A DNA stretch of 64,000 bases, taken from NCBI RefSeq assembly GCF_055900595.2, contig NZ_CM148325.1; one strand, 5' to 3'. The notes below the pieces were generated by a model, which worked only from the letters and a program-made list of their open reading frames with translations, was not told the origin of the DNA and ran no database searches. Positions 1 through 11,690 of the stretch are shown here, in pieces. The position numbers and the translations under genes were made by a program. Numbering within the stretch: position 1 is the first letter of the stretch; each line of letters starts with the position of its first letter.

Positions 1-958
1 TGAAACCACGCCGGAGCTGGATGCGCTGCATAAAACCGATCCGAATCTGACCGTGTTTAATAACGTGGTGACGTCTCGTCCGTACACCATTGAAATCCTG
101 CAACAGGCGCTGACTTTTGCCAATGAAAAGAACCCGGATCTGTATCTGACGCAGCCGTCGCTGATGAACATGATGAAACAGGCGGGTTATAAAACCTTCT
201 GGATCACCAACCAGCAGACGATGACCGCCCGCAATACCATGCTGACGGTATTTTCGCGCCAGACCGACAAGCAGTACTACATGAACCAGCAACGTACGCA
301 GAGTGCGCGTGAATACGACACCAACGTGCTGAAGCCGTTCCAGGAAGTACTGAATGACCCTGCGCCGAAGAAACTGATCATCGTTCATCTGCTGGGTACG
401 CATATCAAATACAAATACCGCTACCCGGAAAATCAGGGCAAGTTTGATGGCAATACCGATCATGTTCCGCCGGGACTAAGCGCAGAAGAGCTGGAGTCAT
501 ATAACGATTATGATAACGCTAACCTGTATAACGATCATGTGGTTGCCAGCCTGATTAAAGACTTTAAAGCAGCAGACCCGAACGGTTTCCTGGTTTACTT
601 CTCTGACCACGGTGAAGAGGTTTACGACACGCCACCGCACAAAACTCAGGGGCGTAATGAAGACAATCCGACGCGCCACATGTACACCATTCCGTTCCTG
701 CTGTGGACGTCAGAAAAATGGCAAGCGACTCATCCGCGTGATTTCTCGCAGGATGTTGATCGTAAATACAGCCTGGCGGAACTGATCCACACCTGGTCAG
801 ATTTGGCGGGCTTATCTTACGACGGTTACGATCCAACCCGTTCAGTGGTGAATCCGCAGTTCAAAGAAACTACCCGCTGGATTGGTAACCCGTATAAGAA
901 AAACGCACTGATCGATTACGACACTCTGCCGTATGGCGATCAGGTGGGTAATCAGTAA
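1..958 (+). CDS. eptC: Phosphoethanolamine transferase EptC (YijP), C-terminal part; 5' end lies outside the window
   Basis: ORF 53..958 continues in frame to the window edge; sulfatase-like C-terminal domain; sits next to yijO as in K-12. Confidence 0.85.
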   Translation, partial: ETTPELDALHKTDPNLTVFNNVVTSRPYTIEILQQALTFANEKNPDLYLTQPSLMNMMKQAGYKTFWITNQQTMTARNTMLTVFSRQTDKQYYMNQQRTQSAREYDTNVLKPFQEVLNDPAPKKLIIVHLLGTHIKYKYRYPENQGKFDGNTDHVPPGLSAEELESYNDYDNANLYNDHVVASLIKDFKAADPNGFLVYFSDHGEEVYDTPPHKTQGRNEDNPTRHMYTIPFLLWTSEKWQATHPRDFSQDVDRKYSLAELIHTWSDLAGLSYDGYDPTRSVVNPQFKETTRWIGNPYKKNALIDYDTLPYGDQVGNQ

Positions 959-978
959 TTATCAGCCAAGTGCTATTT

Positions 979-1045
979 GCCGGATGCGACGCTTGACGCG
1001 TCTTATCCGGCCTACAGATCGCGGCGGTAGGCCAGATAAAGCGAC
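979..1045. repeat. REP/BIME palindromic element in the eptC-yijO intergenic region
   Basis: gccggatgcgacgcttgacgcgtcttatccggcctac matches the enterobacterial REP consensus. Confidence 0.7.
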
Positions 1046-1155
1046 TGAAACTGCCGCAATGTTTACATCGCACTCCCATCAGGCCACACTTTTCAGGTGG
1101 CCTTTTTTCATAATGCCAGTTACTGTTTTCCCGTCTATGTACCTAAGGGAATAAC

Positions 1156-2007
1156 ATGTATCACGACGTCAGCTATCTGCTCTCCCGCCTGATCAACGGC
1201 CCGCTGTCCCTGCGCCAGATTTACTTTGCCAGCAGCAACGGCCCGGTGCCCGATCTTGCGTATCAGGTCGATTTTCCACGGCTGGAAATTGTGCTGGAAG
1301 GTGAGTTTGTTGATACCGGCGCTGGAGCAACGTTAGTTCCCGGCGATGTGCTGTACGTTCCCGCTGGTGGCTGGAATTTTCCACAATGGCAAGCCCCCGC
1401 CACTACCTTTAGCGTGCTGTTTGGCAAACAGCAACTCGGCTTCAGCGTCGTGCAATGGGATGGCAAACAATATCAAAATCTGGCGAAGCAACACGTCGCC
1501 CGACGCGGCCCGCGCATTGGTTCTTTTCTGCTACAAACGCTCAATGAAATGCAAATGCAGTCGCAGGAGCAGCAAACGGCCAGACTTATCGTCGCTAGCC
1601 TGCTTAGCCACTGCCGCGATTTGCTCGGCAGCCAAATCCAGACCGCCTCACGTAGCCAGGCACTATTTGAAGCTATTCGCGATTATATCGACGAACACTA
1701 TGCCACCGCGCTTACCCGCGAATCTGTCGCACAGGCGTTCTATATTTCGCCAAATTACCTCTCGCACCTGTTTCAAAAAACGGGGGCCATTGGTTTTAAC
1801 GAATACCTGAATCACACGCGACTGGAACACGCTAAGACGTTATTGAAAGGCTATGACCTGAAGGTAAAAGAAGTGGCGCACGCCTGCGGCTTTGTTGACA
1901 GCAACTACTTCTGCCGTCTGTTTCGTAAAAACACCGAACGCTCGCCGTCGGAATATCGTCGGCAGTACCACAGCCAACTGACAGAAAAACCGACTACTCC
2001 AGAATAA
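1156..2007 (+). CDS. yijO: AraC-family transcriptional regulator YijO
   Basis: 283-aa ORF with C-terminal AraC-type HTH (…YISPNYLSHLFQK…); synteny. Confidence 0.85.
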   Translation: MYHDVSYLLSRLINGPLSLRQIYFASSNGPVPDLAYQVDFPRLEIVLEGEFVDTGAGATLVPGDVLYVPAGGWNFPQWQAPATTFSVLFGKQQLGFSVVQWDGKQYQNLAKQHVARRGPRIGSFLLQTLNEMQMQSQEQQTARLIVASLLSHCRDLLGSQIQTASRSQALFEAIRDYIDEHYATALTRESVAQAFYISPNYLSHLFQKTGAIGFNEYLNHTRLEHAKTLLKGYDLKVKEVAHACGFVDSNYFCRLFRKNTERSPSEYRRQYHSQLTEKPTTPE

Positions 2008-2335
2008 GGTGGGTTTGCTGCGGCGCAGAAAGCACTTTGCGCACCGCGCTCATTACCCGCTGCGGCTCACGCAGGAATGCGTAGATGCTGCATTGCACAT
2101 AGCGGCAATGTTCAAATCGCTCGGCACCGGCAAGCTCGATATCCGTAATTAACAGCGCAACATCCGCCCGACGGATATCCTCGTCCGCTAAACGATTCTC
2201 CGTCCCCAGCGCGCCCTGAGTTTCAATGCTGACGCCCCACTTCTCTATCTGGCACAACTTTTCCAGCCGTTCCGCCGCCATATAAGTATGCGCCACGCCA
2301 CTGACACAGGCGGTTACTGCCACCAGGTATGCCAT
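1994..2335 (-). CDS. frwD: PTS fructose-like IIB component FrwD
   Basis: MAYLVAVTACVSGVAHTYMAAE… PTS IIB fold with active-site Cys; start trimmed to the internal Met to match the ~113-aa protein. Confidence 0.8.
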   Translation of the reverse strand: MAYLVAVTACVSGVAHTYMAAERLEKLCQIEKWGVSIETQGALGTENRLADEDIRRADVALLITDIELAGAERFEHCRYVQCSIYAFLREPQRVMSAVRKVLSAPQQTHLILE

Positions 2336-2336
2336 T

Positions 2337-3215
2337 TTAACCTCCCACGGTAACCTGAAATCCGGCCCGTTCTGCCATTTCGCGCATCGTTGCCACATCG
2401 GCTGACGACGGCGCTGGCACCTCTTTCATCGACCATGTTTTCCCCAGCAGACGGTATTTTGGTTCGCCGTACTGGTGAAACGGTAACAGATGGATCTGCC
2501 TGATATTCAGCGGGATCAGCACGTCCAGCGCCTGCTGCATATTCTCCCGGCTGAGTGTGAAACCAGGGATCAGCGGTAAACGCGGGGTCACGTTGACACC
2601 CTCACTCACCAGCAAACGCAAGTTCTCCAGCACGCGTGGCAGGTTCATCTTCACCACATCCCGCGCCTGAGTCACGTCCATAATTTTTAAATCGAACAAC
2701 ACTTCATCGCACAATTTCGCCAGCGGTAACAACTTGCTGGCTGGCGCGTCTCCGGCAGTTTCGATGGCGCATGACACACCCCATAGCCGCAGTCGCTGTA
2801 AAAAACGGGTCGCAAACTCCGCCTGCATTAACACTTCGCCGCCAGAAAGCGTGACGCCACCGCCGGACGCGCGAAAGAAAATGTCATCTTTCATCACTTC
2901 CCGCTCCAGCGCGTCAAGGCTGATATCGCGACCAATCCGTTCAAACGCGCCGGAGGGGCATTCATCCGCATCACGCAAACATTTTGCGCAGTGCAGGCAT
3001 TTCGCCTCTCTGCGCACCGTCTGGATTTTGCCGGAGATCGACTCCGGATTAGCACACCACGGGCAAAGATGCGGGCAGCCTTTAAAAAAGACCACCGTGC
3101 GGATGCCCTCACCGTCATTCAGTGAATAACGCTGAATGTTGAAAATGCGCGCCACGTCATCGCGGCGCGTTTCTACAACGTTACAGCTGATGTGCTGTCC
3201 GGCGGATGATGTCAT
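2337..3215 (-). CDS. pflC: Pyruvate formate-lyase 2 activating enzyme (radical SAM)
   Basis: CPHLCPWC radical-SAM cysteine motif; 292 aa from MTSSAGQ…; lies next to pflD. Confidence 0.85.
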   Translation of the reverse strand: MTSSAGQHISCNVVETRRDDVARIFNIQRYSLNDGEGIRTVVFFKGCPHLCPWCANPESISGKIQTVRREAKCLHCAKCLRDADECPSGAFERIGRDISLDALEREVMKDDIFFRASGGGVTLSGGEVLMQAEFATRFLQRLRLWGVSCAIETAGDAPASKLLPLAKLCDEVLFDLKIMDVTQARDVVKMNLPRVLENLRLLVSEGVNVTPRLPLIPGFTLSRENMQQALDVLIPLNIRQIHLLPFHQYGEPKYRLLGKTWSMKEVPAPSSADVATMREMAERAGFQVTVGG

Positions 3216-5478
3216 CCTGGATCTCCTTCGACAGTTCGACAAAGAAGGCGCTGTATCCGGCTACGCGCACCACCAGCCCGGCATAATCTTGTGGGCGCTG
3301 TTGCGCTTCCCGCAACGTGTCGGCGTTCACCACGTTAAACTGAATGTGTTGTAATTTAAGCTGGGTAAATGCCCGTAAGAAGTCGGCTAGTTTGCGTAAT
3401 CCCGCTTCACCTTCCAGGGTCGCCGGAGTGAATTTCACGTTCAGCAATGTACCGTTAGAAAGCAGCGTGTTATCGAGCTTGCTGACTGATTTCAGTACCG
3501 CCGTTGGTCCTTGTGCATCCTGGCCCAGCATGGGAGACAAACCACCGTCTGCCAGTTGTTCCCCGGCAAAACGGCCGTCTGGCGTCGCACCAACCACCGC
3601 TCCCAACGGGACATGAGCAGAAACGGTATACGATCCTGGCGTGAAGTAGCCACCGCGCGGGTTCTGGTATTTTTCCACTTCTTTGCAGTAATGACGCAGG
3701 AGTTCAGCGCTAATGTTATCCACCTCGTCGATATCGTTACCGTATTTCTCAAAGCGGTTAATTAAGCGAGCGCGGACTTTTTCGCCTTCTGGCGTTGCGA
3801 AGTTGGCTTTTAATACCGACAGCAATTCGTCAAAACTTAAACGCTGTTGCTCAAAAACCATCCCTTTCAACGCATGGAGAGAATCGCTCAGGTTGGCGAT
3901 ACCGATCCCCTGTACGCCGGAGAAGTTATAACGCGCGCCGCCATCGGTAATATCGCGGCCTTTTTCCAGACAATCGCTGATAAACGATGAGAGCAGCGGT
4001 ACAGGAGCCCAGTCACGATGGCCGATATCACAAATATTGCTGCCTTCAACCATCAGGGTGATGTAGTGGCTGATCTTGACGCGGATCTGTTCCAGCAAAC
4101 CTTCATAACTCAGCGCAGCATTACCTTCATTTTCATGCAGGCAGATTTCCATCACTTTCAGCAGGTTAAACATCGCGATGTCATGCAGACCGTAGGTTCT
4201 GCCGGGAATAGATAATTCCACGCACCCCACTACGGAATAGTCGCGCGCATCTTCCAGCGAAACGCCACGGTTGAGGAACGCTGGCACCACCACTTCATCG
4301 TTGAAGATTTGCGGAATACCCGTGCCGAGGCGGATGGTTTCTGCGGTTTTCATCAGGAACGGCGTGTCGATCAAGGCGTTAGTGCGCACGCCGAGGTTCG
4401 GTTGCGGCAATTGCACGCTTTGATAAGCGTCAAGGCAAAGGAACGAAAGCACGTTCACCGCGCTACGTCCGTTCTCGGTTAAACCGCCGAGCAGTGCGGT
4501 ATAGCCGGTCGGGAAACCTGCGAAATAACGCGCACTGCGGGTGGAGCGTAAAAGCACGATGTCATTGCATTTCACCCATAAAGATTCGAGCAGTTCTTTC
4601 AGGAACGCCGGATCTTCGCCCTGGGTTAATGATGCCTGATAGAATGGCAACATATACTGGTCGAAGCGCCCTAAAGACAGCGAGCTGGCGTTGGATTCGT
4701 ATTGCAGAATGATGTTCATGTACCAGAACAACTGGCACGCCTGCCAGAATGTCTGTGGCTTATGTTCGGCGTTATGGCGGGAGATCTCCGCCATAGTCAG
4801 CAGTTCTTCGCGACGCTGGGCATCAGTGCAGTTTGCCGCCATCGTTTCCGCCAGTTCGGCGTAACGCAAAATGTGTTTCTGCGAGGCTTCGAGCAATAAC
4901 AGCGCAGCCTGATAAAAGTGATTCTCCGGCTGTTGCTGGCAATGTTGCTGCATCTGCGCCACCAGCTCACCCAGCCCGTGATTCAGCAGGCGCGGGTAAT
5001 CAATAATGATGTGCCCCTGGCCTTTATCTGTCTGGTTGATACTGAAAATCTGCGTGCTGGTCGCGGCTTTTACTTCATCCGTCATCTGCCCGTTAATAAA
5101 ATCTTTCATCGAGCGTTTTTCCCAGTATGGGAACAGCTCTTCGCGGTAGATACGTTTATCTTCTTCACTAATGGCGAAGCGGTCCTGCGGTCGCGTCGGA
5201 AATTGATCCAGCTCTTTCAGCAGCCAGTAAGGGTCCATTTCCGGCGACATAATCCCGGCGCGCGGTTTTACGGTACGGTTACCAGCAATCAGTTCTTCAT
5301 CACGAATCGAAATTTCAACATGTTCAAGGATATACGCTGTTGCTTTCGCCCGGCGCAATATCACTGGTTCGCCTTCGGTTTGCCGATGGCTGGCGGTATA
5401 AAGCAGCGCCCGCTCCAGCGAGATTTCACGGGTATTAGCAAACAGTGCAGTTTTAAGGCGAGAGATACGATTCGTCAT
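3181..5478 (-). CDS. pflD: Formate acetyltransferase 2 (glycyl radical enzyme, PFL-like)
   Basis: 765-aa ORF with the C-terminal glycyl-radical motif (…VRVAGYSAFF…). Confidence 0.9.
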   Translation of the reverse strand: MTNRISRLKTALFANTREISLERALLYTASHRQTEGEPVILRRAKATAYILEHVEISIRDEELIAGNRTVKPRAGIMSPEMDPYWLLKELDQFPTRPQDRFAISEEDKRIYREELFPYWEKRSMKDFINGQMTDEVKAATSTQIFSINQTDKGQGHIIIDYPRLLNHGLGELVAQMQQHCQQQPENHFYQAALLLLEASQKHILRYAELAETMAANCTDAQRREELLTMAEISRHNAEHKPQTFWQACQLFWYMNIILQYESNASSLSLGRFDQYMLPFYQASLTQGEDPAFLKELLESLWVKCNDIVLLRSTRSARYFAGFPTGYTALLGGLTENGRSAVNVLSFLCLDAYQSVQLPQPNLGVRTNALIDTPFLMKTAETIRLGTGIPQIFNDEVVVPAFLNRGVSLEDARDYSVVGCVELSIPGRTYGLHDIAMFNLLKVMEICLHENEGNAALSYEGLLEQIRVKISHYITLMVEGSNICDIGHRDWAPVPLLSSFISDCLEKGRDITDGGARYNFSGVQGIGIANLSDSLHALKGMVFEQQRLSFDELLSVLKANFATPEGEKVRARLINRFEKYGNDIDEVDNISAELLRHYCKEVEKYQNPRGGYFTPGSYTVSAHVPLGAVVGATPDGRFAGEQLADGGLSPMLGQDAQGPTAVLKSVSKLDNTLLSNGTLLNVKFTPATLEGEAGLRKLADFLRAFTQLKLQHIQFNVVNADTLREAQQRPQDYAGLVVRVAGYSAFFVELSKEIQDDIIRRTAHQL

Positions 5479-5528
5479 GAGGAACTCCTGTGGGAAAGCG
5501 AACCCGCCCTTACGGGCGGGATAAGAAC

Positions 5529-5849
5529 TTAAGCGGTTTGCGCCAGGTGAGCTTCAATTTTGCTCATAATGGCATCAGCACGTTTTACCGCGTCGCTGAT
5601 GTTGACGCGCACAATGGTCTTGCCAGCAAAACGCTCTTCAAACTTGATGCCGATATCTTTGGTCAGAATCACCATATCGGCGCTCGCCACGTCTTCCGCA
5701 GTCAGTTCATTTTCCAGACCAATCGAGCCCTGGGTTTCTACTTTCACTTCCCAGCCTTTCGCTTTCGCGGCACTTTCCAGCGCCTCTGCCGCCATATAAG
5801 TATGGGCAACACCAGATGGACACGCGGTTACTGCAATAATTTTCGTCAT
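5529..5849 (-). CDS. frwB: PTS fructose-like IIB component FrwB
   Basis: MTKIIAVTACPSGVAHTYMAAE…, paralog of FrwD. Confidence 0.85.
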   Translation of the reverse strand: MTKIIAVTACPSGVAHTYMAAEALESAAKAKGWEVKVETQGSIGLENELTAEDVASADMVILTKDIGIKFEERFAGKTIVRVNISDAVKRADAIMSKIEAHLAQTA

Positions 5850-5863
5850 GGCTCGTTCCTCAA

Positions 5864-6943
5864 TTAATTAATTTCAAAATCCAAATCCAGGTCGTCTTCT
5901 TTTTCATCAGTCGAAGACCCATTTTTACGCGCCAGACTTTTCAGCACGTTCACGCAGACTGCCGTCACCACTGCTCCGACAGCCACTGCGGCGATATAAC
6001 CCAGCTTGCCTTCAACCACCGGCAGCACAATCAGACCACCCCAGCCTGCATAGCACTGCGCACCGACCAGCGCCGCAGTTACTGCACCACAAACTGAACC
6101 GACCATGATGGAAGGAATGACACGCAGCGGATCGGCAGCGGCGAAAGGAATCGCCCCTTCAGTAACACCAACGCACCCCATCACCAGCGCCGCTTTGCCG
6201 GTTTCGCGCTCTTCTGCAGAGAAATTTTTACGACCAATCAGCGTCGCCAGCCCCATGCCCAACGGTGGAACACAAATCCCAACAGCGGCAATAGCCACCA
6301 CGGTATAAACACCCTGAGCAACGCAAATCAGCATGAAGGCATAGGCCACTTTGTTAACCGGACCACCCATATCGAACGCCAGCATCAGCCCCATGATCAC
6401 CGCCAGCATAACAATGCTGCCCTGCTGCATCCCCTGTAGCCACTGAGTCAGGCTGTTGGTCAACGCACCCACCGGCTCGCCCAGTCCCCACATCATGACA
6501 CCAGCGGTAATCAGTGTGCCGACGATCGGAATGATGAAGATTGGCATCACCGAGCGCAGAACTTTATGCACCGGAATTTTCTTCAGATAATGCACCACGA
6601 TGCCGCCGATAATCCCTGCGATCAGCGCACCAAAGAAGCCCGCGCCAAAGCTGTTACCAACCCAGGCACCGATGGCGCACGGAGCCAGCGCAGAACGTTC
6701 TGCAATGGAATAACCGATGTACGCTGCGAGGAAAGGCACCATCAGCGTCAACCCCGCAACGCCGATATCAAACAGTTTTTTTAGATTCGGATCGGCTACG
6801 GCATCCGGCACTGCGCCTTTGCCATACAAAATGACGGAAACCTCCAGCAAAATACCGCCCGATACCACGAAGGGAATCATATGTGAAACGCCCGTCATTA
6901 AATGCTGACGGGTATTTTTCAGGATCTGCACCAACTCATTCAT
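5864..6943 (-). CDS. frwC: PTS fructose-like IIC permease FrwC
   Basis: Polytopic membrane ORF; start placed at MNELVQILK…. Confidence 0.85.
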   Translation of the reverse strand: MNELVQILKNTRQHLMTGVSHMIPFVVSGGILLEVSVILYGKGAVPDAVADPNLKKLFDIGVAGLTLMVPFLAAYIGYSIAERSALAPCAIGAWVGNSFGAGFFGALIAGIIGGIVVHYLKKIPVHKVLRSVMPIFIIPIVGTLITAGVMMWGLGEPVGALTNSLTQWLQGMQQGSIVMLAVIMGLMLAFDMGGPVNKVAYAFMLICVAQGVYTVVAIAAVGICVPPLGMGLATLIGRKNFSAEERETGKAALVMGCVGVTEGAIPFAAADPLRVIPSIMVGSVCGAVTAALVGAQCYAGWGGLIVLPVVEGKLGYIAAVAVGAVVTAVCVNVLKSLARKNGSSTDEKEDDLDLDFEIN

Positions 6944-7251
6944 AAGCTGCTCCCGGGCTTGCAAAAGCCCATGTCCATATTTTTGATGGAGGAAACAATA
7001 GGCAATCGCAGGCGGAGCAAACAGTGGATAAAAAGGCCATTTACTGGACTTTTGTAATATCAGTACAAAAATGCGATCCGCCTCATAACTTGCGATACCC
7101 CGGAAGCATGCCGCAGAACGGCGTCTTGTGAGACGCGTCGCAAATTGACGGTTACATTACATTTGTCCAGCTTTTGGCAGATTTGTCACATGGCAGGCCG
7201 TTGCCGTGCGCTCTTATCCTGTAAACAGAGAACCGTACCGGGAGAAAGGCA

Positions 7252-9753
7252 ATGGCCCTGATTGTGGAATTTATTTGTGAGCTACCTAACGGCGTACATG
7301 CCCGTCCGGCAAGCCACGTTGAAACGCTGTGTAATACTTTTTCATCACAAATTGAGTGGCATAACCTGCGCACTGACCGCAAGGGCAACGCCAAAAGCGC
7401 CCTTGCGCTGATTGGCACCGATACGCTGGTGGGCGATAGCTGCCAGTTACTGATTTCCGGGGCCGATGAACAGGAAGCGCATCAGCGTTTAAGCCAATGG
7501 CTGCGCGATGAATTTCCCCACTGCGACGCGCCGCTGGCGGAAATAAAATCTGACGAACTGGAGCCGCTGCCGGTATCATTAACCAACCTGAATCCGCGTA
7601 TTATCCGCGCCCGCACCGTATGCAGTGGTAGCGCAGGCGGCATTCTGACGCCAATCTCTTCTTTAGATCTCAACGCGCTGGGTAACCTCCCCGCAACCAA
7701 CGGCGTTGACGCCGAGCAATCCGCGCTGGAAAACGGCCTGACACTGGTACTGAAAAATATTGAGTTTCGTCTGCTGGATAGCGACGGTGCTACCAGCGCG
7801 ATTCTGGAAGCGCACCGATCCCTGGCTGGCGATACTTCCCTGCGCGAACATTTACTGGCAGGCGTCAGCGCCGGATTAAGCTGCGCCGAAGCAATTGTCG
7901 CCAGTGCGAATCACTTTTGCGAAGAGTTCGCCCGTTCCAGCAGCAGCTACCTGCAAGAACGCGCGCTGGATGTGCGCGATGTCTGCTTCCAGTTACTCCA
8001 GCAAATCTACGGCGAGAAACGCTTTCCGGCACCGGGCAAGCTAACGCAGCCCGCCATTTGTATGGCGGATGAACTGACCCCTAGCCAGTTCCTCGAACTG
8101 GATAAAAATCACCTCAAAGGATTGTTGCTCAAAAGCGGCGGCACCACCTCACACACGGTGATCCTTGCCCGTTCGTTCAACATTCCGACGCTGGTTGGTG
8201 TGGATATTGATGCCCTTACTCCGTGGCAGCATCAAACGATTTATATCGACGGCAACGCTGGGGCGATTGTGGTTGAGCCAGGAGAAGCCGTAGCCCGTTA
8301 TTATCAGCAAGAAGCCCGCGTACAGAACGCCCTTCGTGAGCAACAGCGTGTCTGGCTGACCCAACAAGCCCGTACCGCTGACGGTATCCGCATTGAAATT
8401 GCCGCTAACATCGCTCACTCCGTCGAAGCGCAGGCCGCATTCGGCAATGGTGCGGAAGGCGTTGGTTTGTTCCGCACTGAAATGCTCTATATGGATCGCA
8501 CCAGTGCACCGGGCGAAAGCGAGCTGTACAACATTTTTTGTCAGGCGCTGGAGTCCGCCAACGGACGCAGCATTATTGTGCGCACTATGGATATTGGCGG
8601 TGACAAACCCGTTGATTATCTGAATATTCCCGCAGAGGCAAACCCGTTCCTCGGTTATCGCGCCGTACGTATTTATGAAGAGTACGCCTCGTTGTTTACC
8701 ACGCAGCTACGATCGATCCTGCGCGCCTCCGCTCATGGCAGCCTGAAAATCATGATCCCGATGATCTCTTCAATGGAAGAGATCTTATGGGTGAAAGAAA
8801 AACTGGCAGAAGCTAAACAGCAGCTGCGTAACGAACACATTCCGTTTGATGAGAAAATCCAGCTCGGTATCATGCTTGAAGTGCCGTCAGTAATGTTCAT
8901 CATCGATCAATGCTGTGAAGAGATTGATTTCTTTAGTATTGGTAGTAATGACCTGACGCAATATCTGCTGGCAGTGGATCGCGATAACGCTAAGGTAACT
9001 CGTCACTACAACAGCCTGAATCCGGCATTCTTACGAGCGCTTGATTACGCCGTGCAGGCAGTGCATCGCCAGGGCAAATGGATTGGTCTGTGCGGTGAAC
9101 TGGGGGCGAAAGGTTCCGTGCTGCCGTTGCTGGTCGGTTTAGGGCTGGATGAGTTGAGCATGAGTGCACCGTCAATTCCGGCGGCGAAAGCGCGAATGGC
9201 GCAACTTGATAGCCGCGAATGCCGCCAGTTGCTCAACCAAGCAATGGCCTGCCGTACTTCGCTGGAAGTGGAACACCTGCTGGCGCAATTCCGCATGACG
9301 CAACAGGATGCACCGCTGGTCACCGCCGAGTGCATCACGCTGGAAAGCGACTGGCGCAGCAAAGAAGAAGTGCTCAAAGGCATGACCGATAACCTGCTGC
9401 TGGCGGGCCGCTGCCGCTATCCGCGTAAACTGGAAGCCGACTTGTGGGCACGCGAGGCCGTTTTCTCTACCGGTCTGGGCTTTAGTTTTGCCATTCCCCA
9501 CAGCAAATCAGAACACATTGAGCAATCCACCATCAGTGTAGCGCGTCTGCAAGCGCCGGTGCGCTGGGGCGATGATGAAGCACAATTCATCATTATGTTA
9601 ACCCTGAACAAACACGCTGCGGGCGATCAGCATATGCGCATTTTCTCGCGCCTCGCTCGCCGCATCATGCACGAAGAATTCCGTAACGCGCTGGTTAACG
9701 CCGCCTCTGCCGACGCTATCGCCAGCCTGCTGCAACATGAACTGGAACTGTAA
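7252..9753 (+). CDS. ptsA: Multiphosphoryl transfer protein PtsA/FrwA (HPr-like, enzyme I-like and IIA-like domains)
   Basis: 833-aa ORF with PEP-utilizing enzyme motifs (…[13 protein letters not shown]…). Confidence 0.9.
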   Translation: MALIVEFICELPNGVHARPASHVETLCNTFSSQIEWHNLRTDRKGNAKSALALIGTDTLVGDSCQLLISGADEQEAHQRLSQWLRDEFPHCDAPLAEIKSDELEPLPVSLTNLNPRIIRARTVCSGSAGGILTPISSLDLNALGNLPATNGVDAEQSALENGLTLVLKNIEFRLLDSDGATSAILEAHRSLAGDTSLREHLLAGVSAGLSCAEAIVASANHFCEEFARSSSSYLQERALDVRDVCFQLLQQIYGEKRFPAPGKLTQPAICMADELTPSQFLELDKNHLKGLLLKSGGTTSHTVILARSFNIPTLVGVDIDALTPWQHQTIYIDGNAGAIVVEPGEAVARYYQQEARVQNALREQQRVWLTQQARTADGIRIEIAANIAHSVEAQAAFGNGAEGVGLFRTEMLYMDRTSAPGESELYNIFCQALESANGRSIIVRTMDIGGDKPVDYLNIPAEANPFLGYRAVRIYEEYASLFTTQLRSILRASAHGSLKIMIPMISSMEEILWVKEKLAEAKQQLRNEHIPFDEKIQLGIMLEVPSVMFIIDQCCEEIDFFSIGSNDLTQYLLAVDRDNAKVTRHYNSLNPAFLRALDYAVQAVHRQGKWIGLCGELGAKGSVLPLLVGLGLDELSMSAPSIPAAKARMAQLDSRECRQLLNQAMACRTSLEVEHLLAQFRMTQQDAPLVTAECITLESDWRSKEEVLKGMTDNLLLAGRCRYPRKLEADLWAREAVFSTGLGFSFAIPHSKSEHIEQSTISVARLQAPVRWGDDEAQFIIMLTLNKHAAGDQHMRIFSRLARRIMHEEFRNALVNAASADAIASLLQHELEL

Positions 9754-9764
9754 AAGGAAACATC

Positions 9765-10427
9765 ATGGAACTGTATCTGGACACCGCTAACGTCGCAGAA
9801 GTCGAACGTCTGGCACGCATATTCCCGATTGCCGGGGTGACAACTAACCCGAGCATTATCGCGGCCAGCAAGGAGTCCATCTGGGAAGTGCTGCCGCGTT
9901 TGCAAAAAGCGATTGGTGATGAGGGTATTTTGTTTGCTCAGACCATGAGTCGTGACGCACAGGGTATGGTGGAAGAAGCGAAGCGCCTGCGCGACGCCAT
10001 TCCGGGCATTGTGGTGAAAATCCCGGTAACTTCCGAAGGTCTTGCCGCCATTAAAATGCTGAAAAAAGAGGGTATTACTACACTTGGCACCGCTGTATAT
10101 AGCGCCGCACAAGGGTTATTAGCCGCGCTGGCAGGGGCAAAATATGTTGCTCCGTATGTTAACCGCGTCGACGCCCAGGGCGGTGACGGCATTCGTACGG
10201 TTCAGGAGCTGCAAGCGCTGTTGGAAATGCACGCGCCAGAAAGCATGGTGCTGGCTGCCAGCTTTAAAACACCGCGTCAGGCGCTGGATTGTTTGCTGGC
10301 AGGATGTGAGTCCATCACCCTACCCTTAGATGTAGCGCAACAAATGCTCAACACTCCTGCGGTAGAGTCGGCTATAGAGAAGTTTGAGCACGACTGGAAT
10401 GCCGCATTTGGCACTACTCATCTCTAA
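9765..10427 (+). CDS. fsaB: Fructose-6-phosphate aldolase 2 (transaldolase-like)
   Basis: [13 protein letters not shown]… 220 aa. Confidence 0.9.
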   Translation: MELYLDTANVAEVERLARIFPIAGVTTNPSIIAASKESIWEVLPRLQKAIGDEGILFAQTMSRDAQGMVEEAKRLRDAIPGIVVKIPVTSEGLAAIKMLKKEGITTLGTAVYSAAQGLLAALAGAKYVAPYVNRVDAQGGDGIRTVQELQALLEMHAPESMVLAASFKTPRQALDCLLAGCESITLPLDVAQQMLNTPAVESAIEKFEHDWNAAFGTTHL

Positions 10428-10437
10428 AGGAGCAATT

Positions 10438-11541
10438 ATGGACCGCATTATTCAATCACCGGGTAAATACATCCAGGGCGCAGATGTCATTAATCGTCTG
10501 GGCGAGTACCTGAAGCCGCTGGCAGAACGCTGGTTAGTGGTGGGTGACAAATTTGTTTTAGGTTTTGCTCAATCCACTGTCGAGAAAAGCTTTAAAGATG
10601 CTGGACTGGTAGTAGAAATTGCGCCGTTTGGCGGTGAATGTTCGCAAAATGAGATCGACCGTCTGCGTGGCATCGCGGAGACTGCGCAGTGTGGCGCAAT
10701 TCTCGGTATCGGTGGCGGAAAAACCCTCGATACTGCCAAAGCGCTGGCACATTTCATGGGTGTTCCGGTAGCGATCGCACCGACTATTGCCTCTACCGAC
10801 GCGCCGTGCAGCGCGCTGTCTGTTATCTACACCGATGATGGTGAGTTTGACCGCTATTTGCTGTTGCCAAATAACCCGAATATGGTCATTGTCGACACCA
10901 AAATCGTCGCGGGCGCACCTGCACGTCTGTTAGCGGCGGGTATCGGCGATGCGCTGGCGACCTGGTTTGAAGCGCGTGCTTGCTCTCGTAGCGGTGCGAC
11001 CACAATGGCGGGCGGTAAGTGTACTCAGGCAGCGCTGGCGCTGGCTGAACTGTGCTACAACACGCTGCTGGAAGAAGGCGAAAAAGCGATGCTTGCCGCC
11101 GAACAGCATGTAGTAACTCCAGCACTGGAACGCGTGATTGAAGCGAACACCTATTTGAGCGGCGTTGGCTTTGAAAGCGGTGGGCTGGCTGCGGCGCACG
11201 CGGTGCATAACGGCCTGACTGCAATCCCTGATGCCCATCACTATTATCATGGTGAAAAAGTGGCATTCGGTACGCTGACGCAGCTGGTTCTGGAAAATGC
11301 GCCGGTGGAAGAAATCGAAACCGTAGCTGCACTTAGCCATGCGGTAGGTTTGCCAATAACCCTCGCTCAACTGGATATTAAAGAAGATGTCCCGGCGAAA
11401 ATGCGGATTGTGGCAGAAGCGGCATGTGCAGAAGGTGAAACCATCCACAACATGCCTGGCGGCGCGACGCCAGATCAGGTTTACGCCGCACTGCTGGTAG
11501 CCGACCAGTACGGTCAGCGTTTCCTGCAAGAGTGGGAATAA
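10438..11541 (+). CDS. gldA: Glycerol dehydrogenase
   Basis: [17 protein letters not shown]… 367 aa, iron-containing alcohol dehydrogenase family; the ORF track begins upstream at an alternative start. Confidence 0.9.
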   Translation: MDRIIQSPGKYIQGADVINRLGEYLKPLAERWLVVGDKFVLGFAQSTVEKSFKDAGLVVEIAPFGGECSQNEIDRLRGIAETAQCGAILGIGGGKTLDTAKALAHFMGVPVAIAPTIASTDAPCSALSVIYTDDGEFDRYLLLPNNPNMVIVDTKIVAGAPARLLAAGIGDALATWFEARACSRSGATTMAGGKCTQAALALAELCYNTLLEEGEKAMLAAEQHVVTPALERVIEANTYLSGVGFESGGLAAAHAVHNGLTAIPDAHHYYHGEKVAFGTLTQLVLENAPVEEIETVAALSHAVGLPITLAQLDIKEDVPAKMRIVAEAACAEGETIHNMPGGATPDQVYAALLVADQYGQRFLQEWE

Positions 11542-11584
11542 TCTATGCCAAACTCCCGGCTTGTCCGGGAGTTTGAACGCAAAA

Positions 11585-11690
11585 TTGCCTGATGCGCTAC
11601 ACTTATCAGGCCTACGAAATATATGCAATGCATTGAATTTACGTGTTTTTTATGTCTGACAAGGCGTTCACGCCGCATCCGGCACTCTGT
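11585..11690. repeat. REP/BIME cluster in the gldA-yijF intergenic region
   Basis: gcctgatgcgctacacttatcaggcctac and ggcgttcacgccgcatccggca REP-type palindromes. Confidence 0.7.

Noticed and set aside
963-1154. 73-aa ORF in the eptC-yijO intergenic region
   Set aside because: Spans a REP palindromic element; REP sequences commonly create short spurious ORFs
10930-11628. 232-aa minus-strand ORF overlapping gldA
   Set aside because: Antisense to a conserved enzyme gene; no RBS or motif
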